A DNA stretch of 64,000 bases from Saccharolobus islandicus REY15A (GTDB lineage: Archaea; Thermoproteota; Thermoprotei_A; Sulfolobales; Sulfolobaceae). The number at the start of each line of letters is the position of its first letter. Position 1 is the first letter of the stretch. The position numbers and the translations under genes were made by a program. The notes beneath the pieces are model-generated. The model had not been told where the DNA came from. It searched no databases and worked only from the letters and a program-made list of their open reading frames with translations. This document shows, in pieces, positions 63,128-64,000 of this stretch. The DNA is taken from assembly GCF_000189555.1 (NCBI RefSeq), contig NC_017276.1. One strand, 5' to 3'.

Positions 63128-64000
63128 ATGAGATCGTTTTATAGGCCAAAAATAGATCTTCAAGGCTTTTGGAAATTCAAGATAGATAGTGAGAATGTTG
63201 GGGAAAAGAACGAGTGGGGTAAAGGTTTAGAATCTGAAGATATTATTTACGTGCCGGCTTCTTGGAATGAGCAAAACCCACAATGGGATCAGTTTTCTAG
63301 TATAGCGTGGTATCAGAAGGATCTGTTTGTTAGTAGTTATGAGAGTAAGAAGGCTTGGATAGTATTTGAGGGGGCAGGATACATCACAAAACTTTGGATT
63401 AATGGAGAATATGTAGGAACTCATGAGGGATCATTTACACAATTCAAATTTCCAATTAAACTTAATACTAATGAATTTAATAAAATAGTAGTAAAGATAG
63501 ATAACACACCATCACCCTACAACTTACCCCCAGCTAAAGATCTAAACATTGCAGCATTTGACTTCTTCAACTATGGAGGGATCCAGAGACCAGTTTACAT
63601 AGAGTTTGTAGATGAATGTCACGTAGAAGATATAACAGTATATACTAAATCCAATGGACATCTAAAGGTAGAGATTTTGCCAGAATGTAATCAAAAGTAC
63701 AGCCTAAGATTTAAATTAGTTGATAAAGAGGGAAAAGTCCTATTAGATGAGGAGAGTAGTAACGAAATATATGAAAAAGATGTAGGTAATGTTACGCCGT
63801 GGTCTCCAGATAATCCTTACTTATACACTCTCATAGTGGAAATATACGTTGATGAAAATCTGAAGGACTCGATTTATGAACGTATAGGCTTTAGAGATGT
63901 AGAGGTGAAGAATGGCAGAATATACTTGAACGGTAAGCCCATATTCTTAAAGGGCTTTGGAAGACATGAGGATTTTCCAATACTAGGTAAATTTATGTAC
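63128..64000 (+). CDS. gusB: GH2 beta-glucuronidase, 3'-truncated by the window
   Basis: MRSFYRPKIDLQGFWKF, VPASWNEQ, FFNYGGIQRPV, GFRDVEV..IYLNGKPIFLKGFGRHED. Confidence 0.92.
   Translation, partial: MRSFYRPKIDLQGFWKFKIDSENVGEKNEWGKGLESEDIIYVPASWNEQNPQWDQFSSIAWYQKDLFVSSYESKKAWIVFEGAGYITKLWINGEYVGTHEGSFTQFKFPIKLNTNEFNKIVVKIDNTPSPYNLPPAKDLNIAAFDFFNYGGIQRPVYIEFVDECHVEDITVYTKSNGHLKVEILPECNQKYSLRFKLVDKEGKVLLDEESSNEIYEKDVGNVTPWSPDNPYLYTLIVEIYVDENLKDSIYERIGFRDVEVKNGRIYLNGKPIFLKGFGRHEDFPILGKFMY

Overview
AT-rich archaeal chromosomal DNA from a Saccharolobus (Sulfolobus) solfataricus-like strain. From memory it is syntenic with strain P2 around SSO3036 to SSO3100. The left third is an accessory region. 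It has surface and membrane proteins, three paralogous HTH-10 (bacterio-opsin-activator type) regulators across the window, and an IS607 element with dead tnpA but intact tnpB. It also holds a sulfur-relay locus (two TusA, two DsrE, a YeeE transporter, a DoxD/DoxX-like protein and a beta-propeller), plus IS6 and IS110 remnants and vapBC. The most striking unexplained structure is a perfect 126-bp inverted repeat (10720-10845 / 12678-12803). It brackets a 1.8-kb three-gene cassette and gives two divergent operons an identical promoter and RBS. The right two-thirds is a carbohydrate-utilisation island: araSTUV, an uninterrupted alpha-L-fucosidase, two family-5 oligosaccharide ABC importers, malA, GH116, GH2, an SGNH esterase, sugar oxidoreductases and several pseudogenes. 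One pseudogene is split by a ~287-bp IS605/tnpB-derived miniature element. No rRNA, tRNA or CRISPR array was seen. All alignments were done by eye; family and locus-tag assignments are from recognition, not database searches.
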